A DNA stretch of 64,000 bases, from NCBI GenBank assembly GCA_030741355.1, contig JASLVM010000004.1, positions 1,889 through 65,888 on the forward strand, read 5' to 3'. Under the pieces are notes generated by a model that did no database searches, was not told the origin of the DNA, and saw only the letters and a program-made list of their open reading frames with translations. Positions within the stretch are counted from its first letter, which is position 1; every line of letters begins with the position of its first letter. Shown here one piece after another: positions 34,406 through 42,786 of this stretch. The translations under genes and the position numbers were made by a program. This stretch comes from Poseidonia sp. Its GTDB lineage: Archaea > Thermoplasmatota > Poseidoniia > Poseidoniales > Poseidoniaceae.

Positions 34406-35575
34406 TCACTTCAAGGCACGGGCAATGACGATGCGTTGGACCTCTTGCGTCCCTTCGTAGATTTGCGTGATTTTTGCATCTCGGAAAAAGCGCTCGACGG
34501 GGAATTCCTTGGTGTAGCCGTAACCGCCCAAGACTTGAATGGCCCGTTCTGACACCCACATGGCGGTGTCTCCGGCAAACAACTTCGCCATGCTTGCTTC
34601 CTTGGAATGGCGAGGACCGTCGGCATGGTAGTGTTGCTCCTTGGTCCAAGCCGCTTTGTAGACGAGAAGACGTGCAGCTTCGATTTGCGTGGCCATGTCC
34701 GCAAGATAGGCCATGATCATTTGGTGGTAAGCGATCGGTTTGCCGAAGGCCTCTCGCTCATGGGCGTATTGCAAGGCGGACTCGTACGCACCCTGAGCGA
34801 TGCCGAGGGCTTGGGCTGCGATACCGATTCGGCTGTTGTCGAGCGCATTCATGGCGATGGGGAAGCCGTTGCCAACGCCCTTGATGACGTTTTCAACGGG
34901 CACTTTGCAATCGTTGAGCACAAGGGTACAGGTATCGGAGGATCGGATGCCGAGTTTGTCTTCCTTCTTTCCAACAGAGTATCCTTCGTAGTCAGCATCA
35001 ACGATGAAGGCCGTGGTGCCACCGTGCTTTTTCACACCGTAATCGGGATGGTCAACGTCTTTGGCAAACAACACCAGGAGTTGAGCCTGAGCCCCGTTGG
35101 TCACCCACATCTTTTCACCGTTCAGGAGGTAATGTGTTCCGTCTTCGGAAAGTTTGGCTTTGCACGACATAGCTGCTGCATCGGTCCCTGCGCCTGCTTC
35201 GGAAAGTGAGTATGCGCCCACTTCGCCTGCTGCGAGGCGGGGAAGGAAAGTTTTCTTTTGATATTCATCACCGTGAAGAGCGATGGTCATGGAACATAGG
35301 CCGACGTGGACGCAGTACATGACGGCAAAGGAAGGATCCACCCGAGCCAACTCCTCGATGATGATGGCTTCAGATACATCATCAATCGGAGATCCGCCGT
35401 AATCTTCCGGGATTGTGATTCCGTGCAGCCCGTATTCAAGGAAGGCTTGCCACTCTTCGGATGGAGGGATTTGGTTTTGGTCTCGGTGCTCAACCGTTGG
35501 AGCCAGCACCGTCTCAGCGAAGTCCCTTACCAGTTCACGAATCATTTGTTGCTCGTCGCTTTCGCCGAAGTTCAT
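34406..35575 (-). CDS. Acyl-CoA dehydrogenase (short/medium-chain type)
   Basis: 389 aa. Full-length ACAD pattern: GAYSLSEAGAGTDAA, KMWVTNG, QALGIAQGA, QVLGGYGYTKEFPVERFFRDAKITQIYEGTQEVQ. Confidence 0.92.
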   Translation of the reverse strand: MNFGESDEQQMIRELVRDFAETVLAPTVEHRDQNQIPPSEEWQAFLEYGLHGITIPEDYGGSPIDDVSEAIIIEELARVDPSFAVMYCVHVGLCSMTIALHGDEYQKKTFLPRLAAGEVGAYSLSEAGAGTDAAAMSCKAKLSEDGTHYLLNGEKMWVTNGAQAQLLVLFAKDVDHPDYGVKKHGGTTAFIVDADYEGYSVGKKEDKLGIRSSDTCTLVLNDCKVPVENVIKGVGNGFPIAMNALDNSRIGIAAQALGIAQGAYESALQYAHEREAFGKPIAYHQMIMAYLADMATQIEAARLLVYKAAWTKEQHYHADGPRHSKEASMAKLFAGDTAMWVSERAIQVLGGYGYTKEFPVERFFRDAKITQIYEGTQEVQRIVIARALK

Positions 35576-35693
35576 GCCCTCACCAATCCTCCCAACATGA
35601 GGACTTTCTTAACCCGTTTGATTGGTAAAAATTACATTTTTTCCCTCAGTCTTCATATACCACCTGTGGAAGCCGCGTCTTGAGGCAGATAAC

Positions 35694-36119
35694 ATGGATG
35701 ACGACATCATTGAATTTGTGATTGCTCAAGACAGGAAATATTCGATGGACCACCTTTGGTTCCAGCAAAAAGACCAGAAACTCATGATCGGCGTGAGCGA
35801 GTTCATGCGTGTCGAAATCGGCGATGTGCTCCGAGTTATCCTGCCGCAAGCCGAGACCGAGGTCGACGAAGGAGGCAGCCTTTTCTCACTCTGGACTGCT
35901 GAAGAAAAAGTCTCGTTGACCTCTCCTTTCTCCGGCGTCATTTCCGACGTGAACGGAGAAGTTGAGATCAACCCCGATTTGGTCAACGATTCCGCCTACA
36001 ACGACGGGTGGATCATTCTGCTGGAACCTCACGAATTGCAAGTCAATCCCGATGACAAGCAATTCTTGGAGAACCTCATGGAACACGACGAGTACGTCGA
36101 GTACCTGGCGGAACTCTGA
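35694..36119 (+). CDS. Glycine-cleavage H (GcvH)-like lipoyl-domain protein
   Basis: ATG at 35694. It aligns without gaps to E. coli GcvH from KYS-x-x-H-x-W through P-x-SG and GW. The canonical lipoyl-Lys column is Glu here (see findings). Confidence 0.6.
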   Translation: MDDDIIEFVIAQDRKYSMDHLWFQQKDQKLMIGVSEFMRVEIGDVLRVILPQAETEVDEGGSLFSLWTAEEKVSLTSPFSGVISDVNGEVEINPDLVNDSAYNDGWIILLEPHELQVNPDDKQFLENLMEHDEYVEYLAEL

Positions 36120-36181
36120 GACCGCCATCCCGCATTGGACCTTGAGCGAAGGATGATGAACTCAAACCTCAAGCCTCCATC

Positions 36182-36757
36182 ATGACCGACGCCATGGACC
36201 AACTCAAGGCCAGTTTACAATCCGCTCCGGTCATTTGGAAAGGAGACTATCCCTACTTCATCCATCCCGTGACTGACGGCGTTCCACGCATGGACCCCGG
36301 CGTCCTTCAAGCCATCACCGAACTGGTCACGGACCGAGTCGACTGGAGCAACGTGGATTTGCTCCTCGGCATTGAGGCCATGGGGCTGCCCCTCACCGCT
36401 CCATTGAGCGTGTCCACGGGAATTCCTTTGGTCATCGCACGCAAGCGCTCCTACGGTTTGGAAGGAGAAATCGAAATTGACCAATCAACCGGTTATTCGA
36501 AGGGCGCCATGTACCTCAACGACCTGCGAGAAGGCGAGCGTATCGCCATCGTTGACGATGTCCTCTCGACAGGTGGTACGCTTGAAGCCGTCATCGAAGG
36601 GGTTCGACGAGCAAAGGCGGATGTCACCGATGTCATTGCCGTCATCGAAAAGGGCGAAGGCCTCAACCGCCTGCAGGAACTTTACCCCGAGATACGAATC
36701 CAATCCCTCGTCCGACTGGTCATGGACGGCGATACCATCGTCCTCTTGGATGATTGA
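36182..36757 (+). CDS. hpt: Archaeal-type hypoxanthine/guanine (purine) phosphoribosyltransferase
   Basis: N-terminus LKASLQSAPVIWKGDYPYFIHPVTDGVP and PRPP-binding loop IAIVDDVLSTGGT are present. Confidence 0.75.
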   Translation: MTDAMDQLKASLQSAPVIWKGDYPYFIHPVTDGVPRMDPGVLQAITELVTDRVDWSNVDLLLGIEAMGLPLTAPLSVSTGIPLVIARKRSYGLEGEIEIDQSTGYSKGAMYLNDLREGERIAIVDDVLSTGGTLEAVIEGVRRAKADVTDVIAVIEKGEGLNRLQELYPEIRIQSLVRLVMDGDTIVLLDD

Positions 36758-36821
36758 ACAACCCCTGAACGAATGGGTGGCTTCATGAGGGAGAGGCCAC
36801 GCCCTTACGCTGAGGGGAAGC

Positions 36822-37931
36822 ATGGACCTTGACCGCCACGACTTTGAATTGGACGAGTTAATGGAGCGAATCCGCTCCAACGACAATCGTTTGATTGCGC
36901 TTCAAGTTCCTGAGGGACTCAAGATGCAAGCGCTTGAAATGATGGACACCATTGAAACCGAAACCAGCGCCCAAGTTGTCCTTGCAGCGGACCCTTGCTA
37001 CGGCGCCTGCGACCTTGTCCACGATAAAATGCAGTTGATGGGCGTTGAATTGGTGGCTCACATGGGTCATTCTCAAATGAACATCGATTCCGGCATGCCC
37101 ACCCAATTCATCAACGTCACTTATGATGGCGACCCGGAACTCAAACCTGTGCTTCCTTGGCTTGAACAGCACCGGGCAATGGCACAGCAACGCTTGGACC
37201 AACAAGGTGAAGCCACAAAGTTGTCCGAAGAAGAGGCACAAGAGAAGTTCATGGATGCGGTGGGCCGCATGGCACCGTTGACCGACACGAAACTCGGTCT
37301 TGTCGGTTCCATTCAACACCTTCATCTCCTTCCAGACTTCCACGACCGCCTCGAACAAGCAGGCTTTGATGTGACCGTGCCCGTTGGTGGAGCTCGACTC
37401 TCCTTCCCGGGCCAGGTACTCGGATGCAATTACTCAGGCGACGACCCTTCCATTGGCCACTACCTCTTCCTTGGGAGTGGTGATTTCCACCCCATCGGTT
37501 TGGTCCTGCACACCGGCAAGCCCCTTGCCATGCTGGATCCTTACACTGGCGAAGCAGAAGAGATGTCCTTACAGCGCATTGAACGCATCCTCCGTCAGCG
37601 TTTTGGCCTCATCATGAGCGTTCAAGACGCCAACTCCTTTGGTATCCTCATCGGCGAAAAACCCGGACAAATGCGACGTACGCTCGCCCTCCGCATGAAG
37701 CGCATGCTGGCCAAGCACGGGAAGAAGGGTTACTTGCTGGCTCTCGAACATGTCGGACCCGAACTCATTGACTTCTATCCCGTTGATGCCTTTGTCAACA
37801 CCGCTTGCCCTCGTATCGCCATCGATGACGCCGTCAAGTACCGCAAGCCGCTCATCACCCCGTTTGAGCTTGAAGTCGCTCTGGGCGAAAAGAAATGGGA
37901 AACCGGATACCAATTCGATGAGATTCCCTGA
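36822..37931 (+). CDS. dph2: 2-(3-amino-3-carboxypropyl)histidine synthase (diphthamide synthesis Dph2)
   Basis: IALQVPEGLK, ADPCYGACD and NTACPRIA cysteine-containing blocks are typical of archaeal Dph2. Confidence 0.8.
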   Translation: MDLDRHDFELDELMERIRSNDNRLIALQVPEGLKMQALEMMDTIETETSAQVVLAADPCYGACDLVHDKMQLMGVELVAHMGHSQMNIDSGMPTQFINVTYDGDPELKPVLPWLEQHRAMAQQRLDQQGEATKLSEEEAQEKFMDAVGRMAPLTDTKLGLVGSIQHLHLLPDFHDRLEQAGFDVTVPVGGARLSFPGQVLGCNYSGDDPSIGHYLFLGSGDFHPIGLVLHTGKPLAMLDPYTGEAEEMSLQRIERILRQRFGLIMSVQDANSFGILIGEKPGQMRRTLALRMKRMLAKHGKKGYLLALEHVGPELIDFYPVDAFVNTACPRIAIDDAVKYRKPLITPFELEVALGEKKWETGYQFDEIP

Positions 37932-38020
37932 ACCGACCCCTTTCGACTCCAAGAAGCGGGTTTGGAACCTCGGTTTGAGACCACATCTTTTAGAACGGTT
38001 GACATCAGCATTCCCTTGAT

Positions 38021-39226
38021 ATGGCAGACTATCTTGACCGAATCGGCGCTGGGCTCATCATCGCCCACCCAGAGCGGTTGGATTTTGACTTCGTCCCTGA
38101 GGAACTGGTGGGAAGAGAGGAGATTCAGCGTGAATTGGCCTCTAAATTTTCCAACGTAGCGACCCCAGAGGGCGCCGCTAGAGCCGTCATCACCGGACCC
38201 GTTGGAAGTGGCAAAACGGTGCTCGCCAAGACCTTCTGCCGAGACCTTCAACGCCATCTCTCCGGAAAACGAGAGCTCAAGGTGGCTCACATCAATTGTC
38301 GAAACGCTTCGACCAGCATGCGAGTAGCACAACGCATCCTGCACCAGTTTGACCCGGGACATCCGGACCGAGGACTTTCTCTTGGCGAAATGCTCCTCAG
38401 TCTGCGAAAAATGCTCCGTCGAACATCCACGCACCTGATCGTGGTGTTGGACGAGGTCGATCACATGCTGCGTCGTTCGGGCGACGAATTGCTGTATCAA
38501 CTCCTCCGAATTGACGAAGACCAAGACGGTACCGGCACCTTGTCGTTGATGCTCATCAGCCAAGAGCAGGTCCTTGATGTGCTTGAGACAGCCGTGCTTT
38601 CGAAGTTTGGTCAATCCAATCATTTGCGCATTCAACCTTACACTGTTGATGGATTGGAAGCCATCGCTCGCCAACGGGCGGAATTGGCCCTGGTCCCAGG
38701 AACCTGGAGCGACGCCACCGTACGATTGCTGGCTGAGCGGGCGGCGGGCAGCGGCGATGCACGAAGAGTCATCGAATATCTCAGCAGCGCCGCAGAGCGT
38801 TGTGAGTTCCGACAAGACGGTCATACCGAGCAGGTCATCACGGTTGAAGACATTCACGCCATGAGCGATACGGTGGCCGTCGACACGCAAACACGGCTCG
38901 AAGTGGTGGACGACCTTCCGGCTCAAGGCATGCTGGTCTTGTTGGCCATGTGCCGACGACTTCGAACCGAGGAAAGCATGACCATGGGCGACGTCGAGCG
39001 TCTTTACGCCGTGGTGTGCGAGGAATACGACCAAAAACCAAAGAGCCACACAACGCTTTGGAAATACGCCAAACAAATCGAACGCGAGGGCGTCATCAGC
39101 ACCCGCGTGGCCACTGTACCCGGCGGACGTGGCCGCACCACCCATCTGAGCATGCCGCACTTCCTCCCCGCAGACATCGCAAGCCGGCTTGAATTGCTCA
39201 TACCGAAGCGACTTCGCCGGCGTTGA
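38021..39226 (+). CDS. cdc6: Orc1/Cdc6 replication initiator (canonical)
   Basis: Walker A ITGPVGSGKT and Walker B LIVVLDEVD are present. The C-terminal winged helix carries GGRGRTTHLSM. Confidence 0.9.
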   Translation: MADYLDRIGAGLIIAHPERLDFDFVPEELVGREEIQRELASKFSNVATPEGAARAVITGPVGSGKTVLAKTFCRDLQRHLSGKRELKVAHINCRNASTSMRVAQRILHQFDPGHPDRGLSLGEMLLSLRKMLRRTSTHLIVVLDEVDHMLRRSGDELLYQLLRIDEDQDGTGTLSLMLISQEQVLDVLETAVLSKFGQSNHLRIQPYTVDGLEAIARQRAELALVPGTWSDATVRLLAERAAGSGDARRVIEYLSSAAERCEFRQDGHTEQVITVEDIHAMSDTVAVDTQTRLEVVDDLPAQGMLVLLAMCRRLRTEESMTMGDVERLYAVVCEEYDQKPKSHTTLWKYAKQIEREGVISTRVATVPGGRGRTTHLSMPHFLPADIASRLELLIPKRLRRR

Positions 39227-39293
39227 ACCCGGCAAGCGAGACGATGGGGCTAAATACGGGTCTTGAGTCGGAGAAATCCCGAGAGGTGCTCCT

Positions 39294-39770
39294 ATGGCAG
39301 AATTCATCGCAGTGGTCAACGATACAGACCCCAAGAACGGCGGAAAGTCGTACGCCCTGAAAATCACTGGAAACAACCACGCTCAAATGCTCGGAAAGCG
39401 CATTGGCGATGTGGTGGACGGTCTCTTCGTTGGCGAAGGCGACAAGACCCTCTCCGGCTACAAACTCGAAATCACGGGTGGCTCGGACAAAACCGGCACC
39501 CCCATGCGTCGAGATCTTGAAGGCGGCAACCGCCAATCGATCCTTGTGACTCAATCCACCGGATACAAGGGTGAAGTGGTTGTTCACAAGAAGAAAGGCG
39601 GCGACAAGAAGCGTTTCCGATACAAGCCTGATGGCCTTCGCAAGCGACGAAACTTCCGTGGAAACACGGTGACGCAAGACACCCGTCAAATCAATCTCCG
39701 AGTGGTTGAGTCTGGAAAGAAGCCGCTCGCCACCATCCTCGGCGCCGAGGGCGAGGAAGCATCGGAGTGA
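39294..39770 (+). CDS. rps6e: 30S ribosomal protein S6e
   Basis: KITGGSDKTGTPMRRDL matches the S6e signature. ATG is preceded by GAGAGGTG. Confidence 0.85.
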   Translation: MAEFIAVVNDTDPKNGGKSYALKITGNNHAQMLGKRIGDVVDGLFVGEGDKTLSGYKLEITGGSDKTGTPMRRDLEGGNRQSILVTQSTGYKGEVVVHKKKGGDKKRFRYKPDGLRKRRNFRGNTVTQDTRQINLRVVESGKKPLATILGAEGEEASE

Positions 39771-39809
39771 ACCCGAGAGGGTAATCGCAGCACATGAGGA
39801 GGGGGAAGC

Positions 39810-41048
39810 ATGGCACGAAAGCTTCCCGCTCAACCTGAAGTCAACATTGGCTTGGTCGGCCACGTCGACCACGGGAAGACCACCTTGACACAGGCGCTCT
39901 CTGGCGTTTGGACCGACACGCATTCCGAGGAACGAAAGCGAGGCATCTCCATCAAACTCGGCTACGCTGACACGGCCTTCTACAAGGACGACAACGGACG
40001 GTTCTATGCCACCGGGAAGCGACCTGATGGTGGTAAAGACGTGGAAAAAGAACTCGAGCGAGTTGTTTCCTTCGTCGATGCGCCAGGCCACGAGACGCTC
40101 ATGGCCATCATGATCACCGGCGCATCCATCATGGACGGCGCCATGCTGATGGTCGCTGCCAACGAGACCTGTCCACAGCCCCAAACCCGTGAACACCTCA
40201 TGGCTTTGGAGATTGCTGGCATCAAAAACATCGTCATCGTTCAGAACAAAATCGATCTCGTCTCAAAAGAGCGTGCGATGGAATCGCACGCTGAAATCAA
40301 AGCATTCCTAAAGGGCACCATTGCAGAGCAGGCCCCCATCATCCCGGTTTCAGCTCACCACGACGTCAACTTGGACGTGTTGATCGAAGCCATCGAAGCA
40401 ACCATTCCAACACCTGACCGGTCCGAAGACAAGCGTTCCATCATGCACGTTGCTCGCTCCTTTGACATCAACCGGCCGGGCACCCGTCCCGCAAAATTGC
40501 GAGGAGGCGTTATCGGTGGAAGCATCGTTGAAGGTGAATTCTCCGAAGGCGACGAAATCGTCATTGGCCCAGGACGGAAAATAGAGAAGGGCAACAAAGC
40601 GACTTGGGAGCCCATCGAAGCCGTTGTCAGCACCATGCAAGGTGGCGGCCTCAACCTCGACACCATGCATGCTGGAGGCCTCTGCGGCATGGCCACGTTC
40701 CTCGACCCCTCCATCACAACCTCCGACAACCTTTCCGGCCAGGTCGTCGCTCGCAAGGGTGACCTTCCCGAAGTGCACAGCAAAGTTTCCATCAGCGTGA
40801 ACCTCATGTCGCACATGGTGGCAGGAGACGGTCAAGCACCGGAAAAGATTCAGCCGCTTCGAAACAACGAGATGCTCATGCTCAACGTGGCCACGGCCAC
40901 TTCTGTTGGAACCACGCGAAACGCCGAAAAAGGCCGCACTGACCTCGAATTGCGCCTGCCAATTTGTGCTGATAAAGGCCAACGAATCTCGCTCTCCCGC
41001 CGAATCGGCTCCCGCTGGCGCTTGATTGGCTACGGTACCATCGAGTGA
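39810..41048 (+). CDS. eif2g: Translation initiation factor aIF2 gamma subunit
   Basis: GTPase motifs GHVDHGKTT, DAPGHE and NKID are present, with the archaeal aIF2-gamma pattern along the full length. Confidence 0.95.
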   Translation: MARKLPAQPEVNIGLVGHVDHGKTTLTQALSGVWTDTHSEERKRGISIKLGYADTAFYKDDNGRFYATGKRPDGGKDVEKELERVVSFVDAPGHETLMAIMITGASIMDGAMLMVAANETCPQPQTREHLMALEIAGIKNIVIVQNKIDLVSKERAMESHAEIKAFLKGTIAEQAPIIPVSAHHDVNLDVLIEAIEATIPTPDRSEDKRSIMHVARSFDINRPGTRPAKLRGGVIGGSIVEGEFSEGDEIVIGPGRKIEKGNKATWEPIEAVVSTMQGGGLNLDTMHAGGLCGMATFLDPSITTSDNLSGQVVARKGDLPEVHSKVSISVNLMSHMVAGDGQAPEKIQPLRNNEMLMLNVATATSVGTTRNAEKGRTDLELRLPICADKGQRISLSRRIGSRWRLIGYGTIE

Positions 41049-41057
41049 GGGTCGCTG

Positions 41058-41435
41058 ATGCAGCATGTGCTCATCGATGCTTGCGGTTGGGTCGCCTGCA
41101 TGGATGCACAACTGAATGTCCAAGCCGAGATGGAAGCGCTTCTGGGACCTTGCACCTGGGTGTTGTTGCCCAGTGTTGAGCGAGAACTTCAGCGCCTCGC
41201 TAATGAACTTGGCAAAAAGAAACCTCTCCTTCTCGACCTGCTTCAAAGCAGATCGCAGTACCACGTGGTTGAAGAAAGCGGTCATGCCGATGATGACCTC
41301 TTTGCTTGCGCCCAACAAAATCAATGGGCAACCCTCACGGTGGACACCCAACTCAAGCGCCGACTTTACGAAGCAAATCTACGCGTTTTGGAAGTTCGTC
41401 AAAACAACCACATGCACTTGGTCGATGCTCTATAG
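41058..41435 (+). CDS. PIN-domain protein (Fcf1/Utp24-like placement next to aIF2-gamma)
   Basis: 125 aa. The N-terminal VLIDACGW and later acidic positions (SVERE, HADDD) fit a PIN fold. A small PIN-domain gene occurs next to eif2g in other archaea, as far as I recall. The sequence-level call is weak. Confidence 0.5.
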   Translation: MQHVLIDACGWVACMDAQLNVQAEMEALLGPCTWVLLPSVERELQRLANELGKKKPLLLDLLQSRSQYHVVEESGHADDDLFACAQQNQWATLTVDTQLKRRLYEANLRVLEVRQNNHMHLVDAL

Positions 41436-41440
41436 AGCGA

Positions 41441-41740
41441 TTATGGAAGCGTGAATAGAACGTCATCTCCGTGCCCGTCAAGCCATCCAATTTTCACACC
41501 TGCATCAATCCAAGCATGGGCATAGTTGATCGCTCCAAAGGCCCGAACAAGGTCCCCCGTGGTCAAGAAATGCTGGGCGTCTGAAGCATAATCATCTGCC
41601 ATCCTCATCATCGTCGCCAGATGCATGCCCTCTGGGCTTTCAGCCTCCACCAGGGGCGTCGCCTTGGCTCTGGCCCGCCGAGTGATATCGAGGTACGACG
41701 CTACGCGTTCAACCGTAAGGGTTTGGAGACCTTCACTCAT
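41441..41740 (-). CDS. DUF357-like small helical protein
   Basis: 99 aa. DYASDAQHFLTTGDLVRAFGAINYAHAWIDAG resembles the DUF357 core. The start overlaps the upstream stop (ATGA at 41737-41740). Confidence 0.5.
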   Translation of the reverse strand: MSEGLQTLTVERVASYLDITRRARAKATPLVEAESPEGMHLATMMRMADDYASDAQHFLTTGDLVRAFGAINYAHAWIDAGVKIGWLDGHGDDVLFTLP

Positions 41741-42786
41741 TCACCGCCCTCCTTCTGTCGCTTAAGGAGCCGGCGTGCGTCTTCTGCCCGACCGAGCGCC
41801 TCGTAGAGTTCAATGGCCAAGGACAACTTGCCCATATCCTCTGCTTCCTGAGCGCGGAGGAACATTTGACGGCGTTCCTCCCAATTACGAGCCATGGCCG
41901 CATCGGCCGCTGCTTTGTAGCGGCCCTCCCGTTCGGCATCAGCAAGGTGTGGTGCTGTCCATCGACGAACCAATCCGTCTCGAGTAGCGGTAGCCATGGC
42001 ATCCGGCGTGCACAAGACGAGTAAATCACCCAGGTTCATGCCCTGTGTGAGCGGCGTTTCACCGTCCTCTTCGTTCGATTCTGTCATGGAAAGGAGATGC
42101 CCTTCAATCCCCAGCACCCACCATCCGTCTCCGGTTCGTACCGCACTCATCGGCTCAACGCTGTCGTATTCCAACCGGTTGAGGGCGTCCCACCCAAACG
42201 GATGCGGAATACCCTCCCAAAGACCTCCATCGCTGCTCTGCAGGAGTAAACGGCCATCTGCGAGGGAAGAGCACCAACTCCAAGGACGCTCTTCTAGCCT
42301 GCGTTTGCGATCCTCTCCCGTCAGTCGGCCACACCAGAGATGCCCTTCAGGGTCTTGCCAAAGAAGGTGTTCTCGGTCCAGCCATCCAATGAGTCGTCGG
42401 ACCGGCCCGCTTTCCACGCGGCGAATACCTCGGCCGTGTTGTGAGAAGAGATGGATTTCGCCACGACGCCCTGCGAGGGCCCATCCGCCTCCGGGTCGTG
42501 GCCGGAGGTCACTAAATCCTCCAGGTGCACTGCGGCCCTCGTTCACCATCGAACCATCACCGGTGTTCATCAAAAAGAAACCATGAGCAGCGAGGATGCC
42601 CACCGTGCCTTGCGATGCACGGGCTGCATGGACTTTGAACGGAACATCAACAGCCCATCGCGACGAGCCATCTGCCTCGAGAAGTTCCAACCGCAAACCT
42701 GAGCTGACCAACAGGCCACCCTCAACGGCTGCGAGGGCGGCGATACGACCCTGTGCCTGCCATGACCATGCCACGTTCCATGTCAT
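41737..42786 (-). CDS. Beta-propeller-like (PQQ/WD-like repeat) protein with helical Ala/Glu/Arg-rich tail
   Basis: About seven repeats of a DG-x-x-W/L strand motif are present (ADGSSRWAV, GDGSMV, GGGWALAG, DPEGHLWCG, SDGGLWEG, GDGWWVLG, RDGLVRRW). The start overlaps the upstream stop (ATGA at 42783-42786). Confidence 0.45.
   Translation of the reverse strand: MTWNVAWSWQAQGRIAALAAVEGGLLVSSGLRLELLEADGSSRWAVDVPFKVHAARASQGTVGILAAHGFFLMNTGDGSMVNEGRSAPGGFSDLRPRPGGGWALAGRRGEIHLFSQHGRGIRRVESGPVRRLIGWLDREHLLWQDPEGHLWCGRLTGEDRKRRLEERPWSWCSSLADGRLLLQSSDGGLWEGIPHPFGWDALNRLEYDSVEPMSAVRTGDGWWVLGIEGHLLSMTESNEEDGETPLTQGMNLGDLLVLCTPDAMATATRDGLVRRWTAPHLADAEREGRYKAAADAAMARNWEERRQMFLRAQEAEDMGKLSLAIELYEALGRAEDARRLLKRQKEGGE

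Noticed and set aside
35609-35617. 9-mer TTAACCCGT shared between the ACAD/gcvH-like spacer and the edge of the TTAAC array (44708-44716).
   Set aside because: A single shared 9-mer in 64 kb on two strands is close to chance expectation. There is no array at the second site.
36153-36159. ATGATGA (C-box-like) in the gcvH-like/hpt spacer; considered as a C/D box sRNA.
   Set aside because: No matching D box (CTGA) at the right distance and no terminal stem were found. The spacer is only 62 bp.
37775-39376. 533-aa minus-strand ORF covering the whole orc1/cdc6 gene plus the ends of dph2 and rps6e.
   Set aside because: It lies in the codon-aligned antisense frame of orc1. In that frame, stops only arise from sense TTA/CTA/TCA codons, which this GC-rich gene avoids. 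The product is Ser/Arg/Gly/His-rich with no motif, while the plus-strand genes have clear family signatures.
39198-41351. Two minus-strand ORFs of about 330 aa each (39198-40196, 40350-41351) opposite rps6e and aIF2-gamma.
   Set aside because: They are antisense shadows of highly conserved genes. The same applies to 1525-2358, 5012-5773, 13314-14915, 15136-15879, 31902-32780, 48413-50284, 59140-59691 and 61457-62203.
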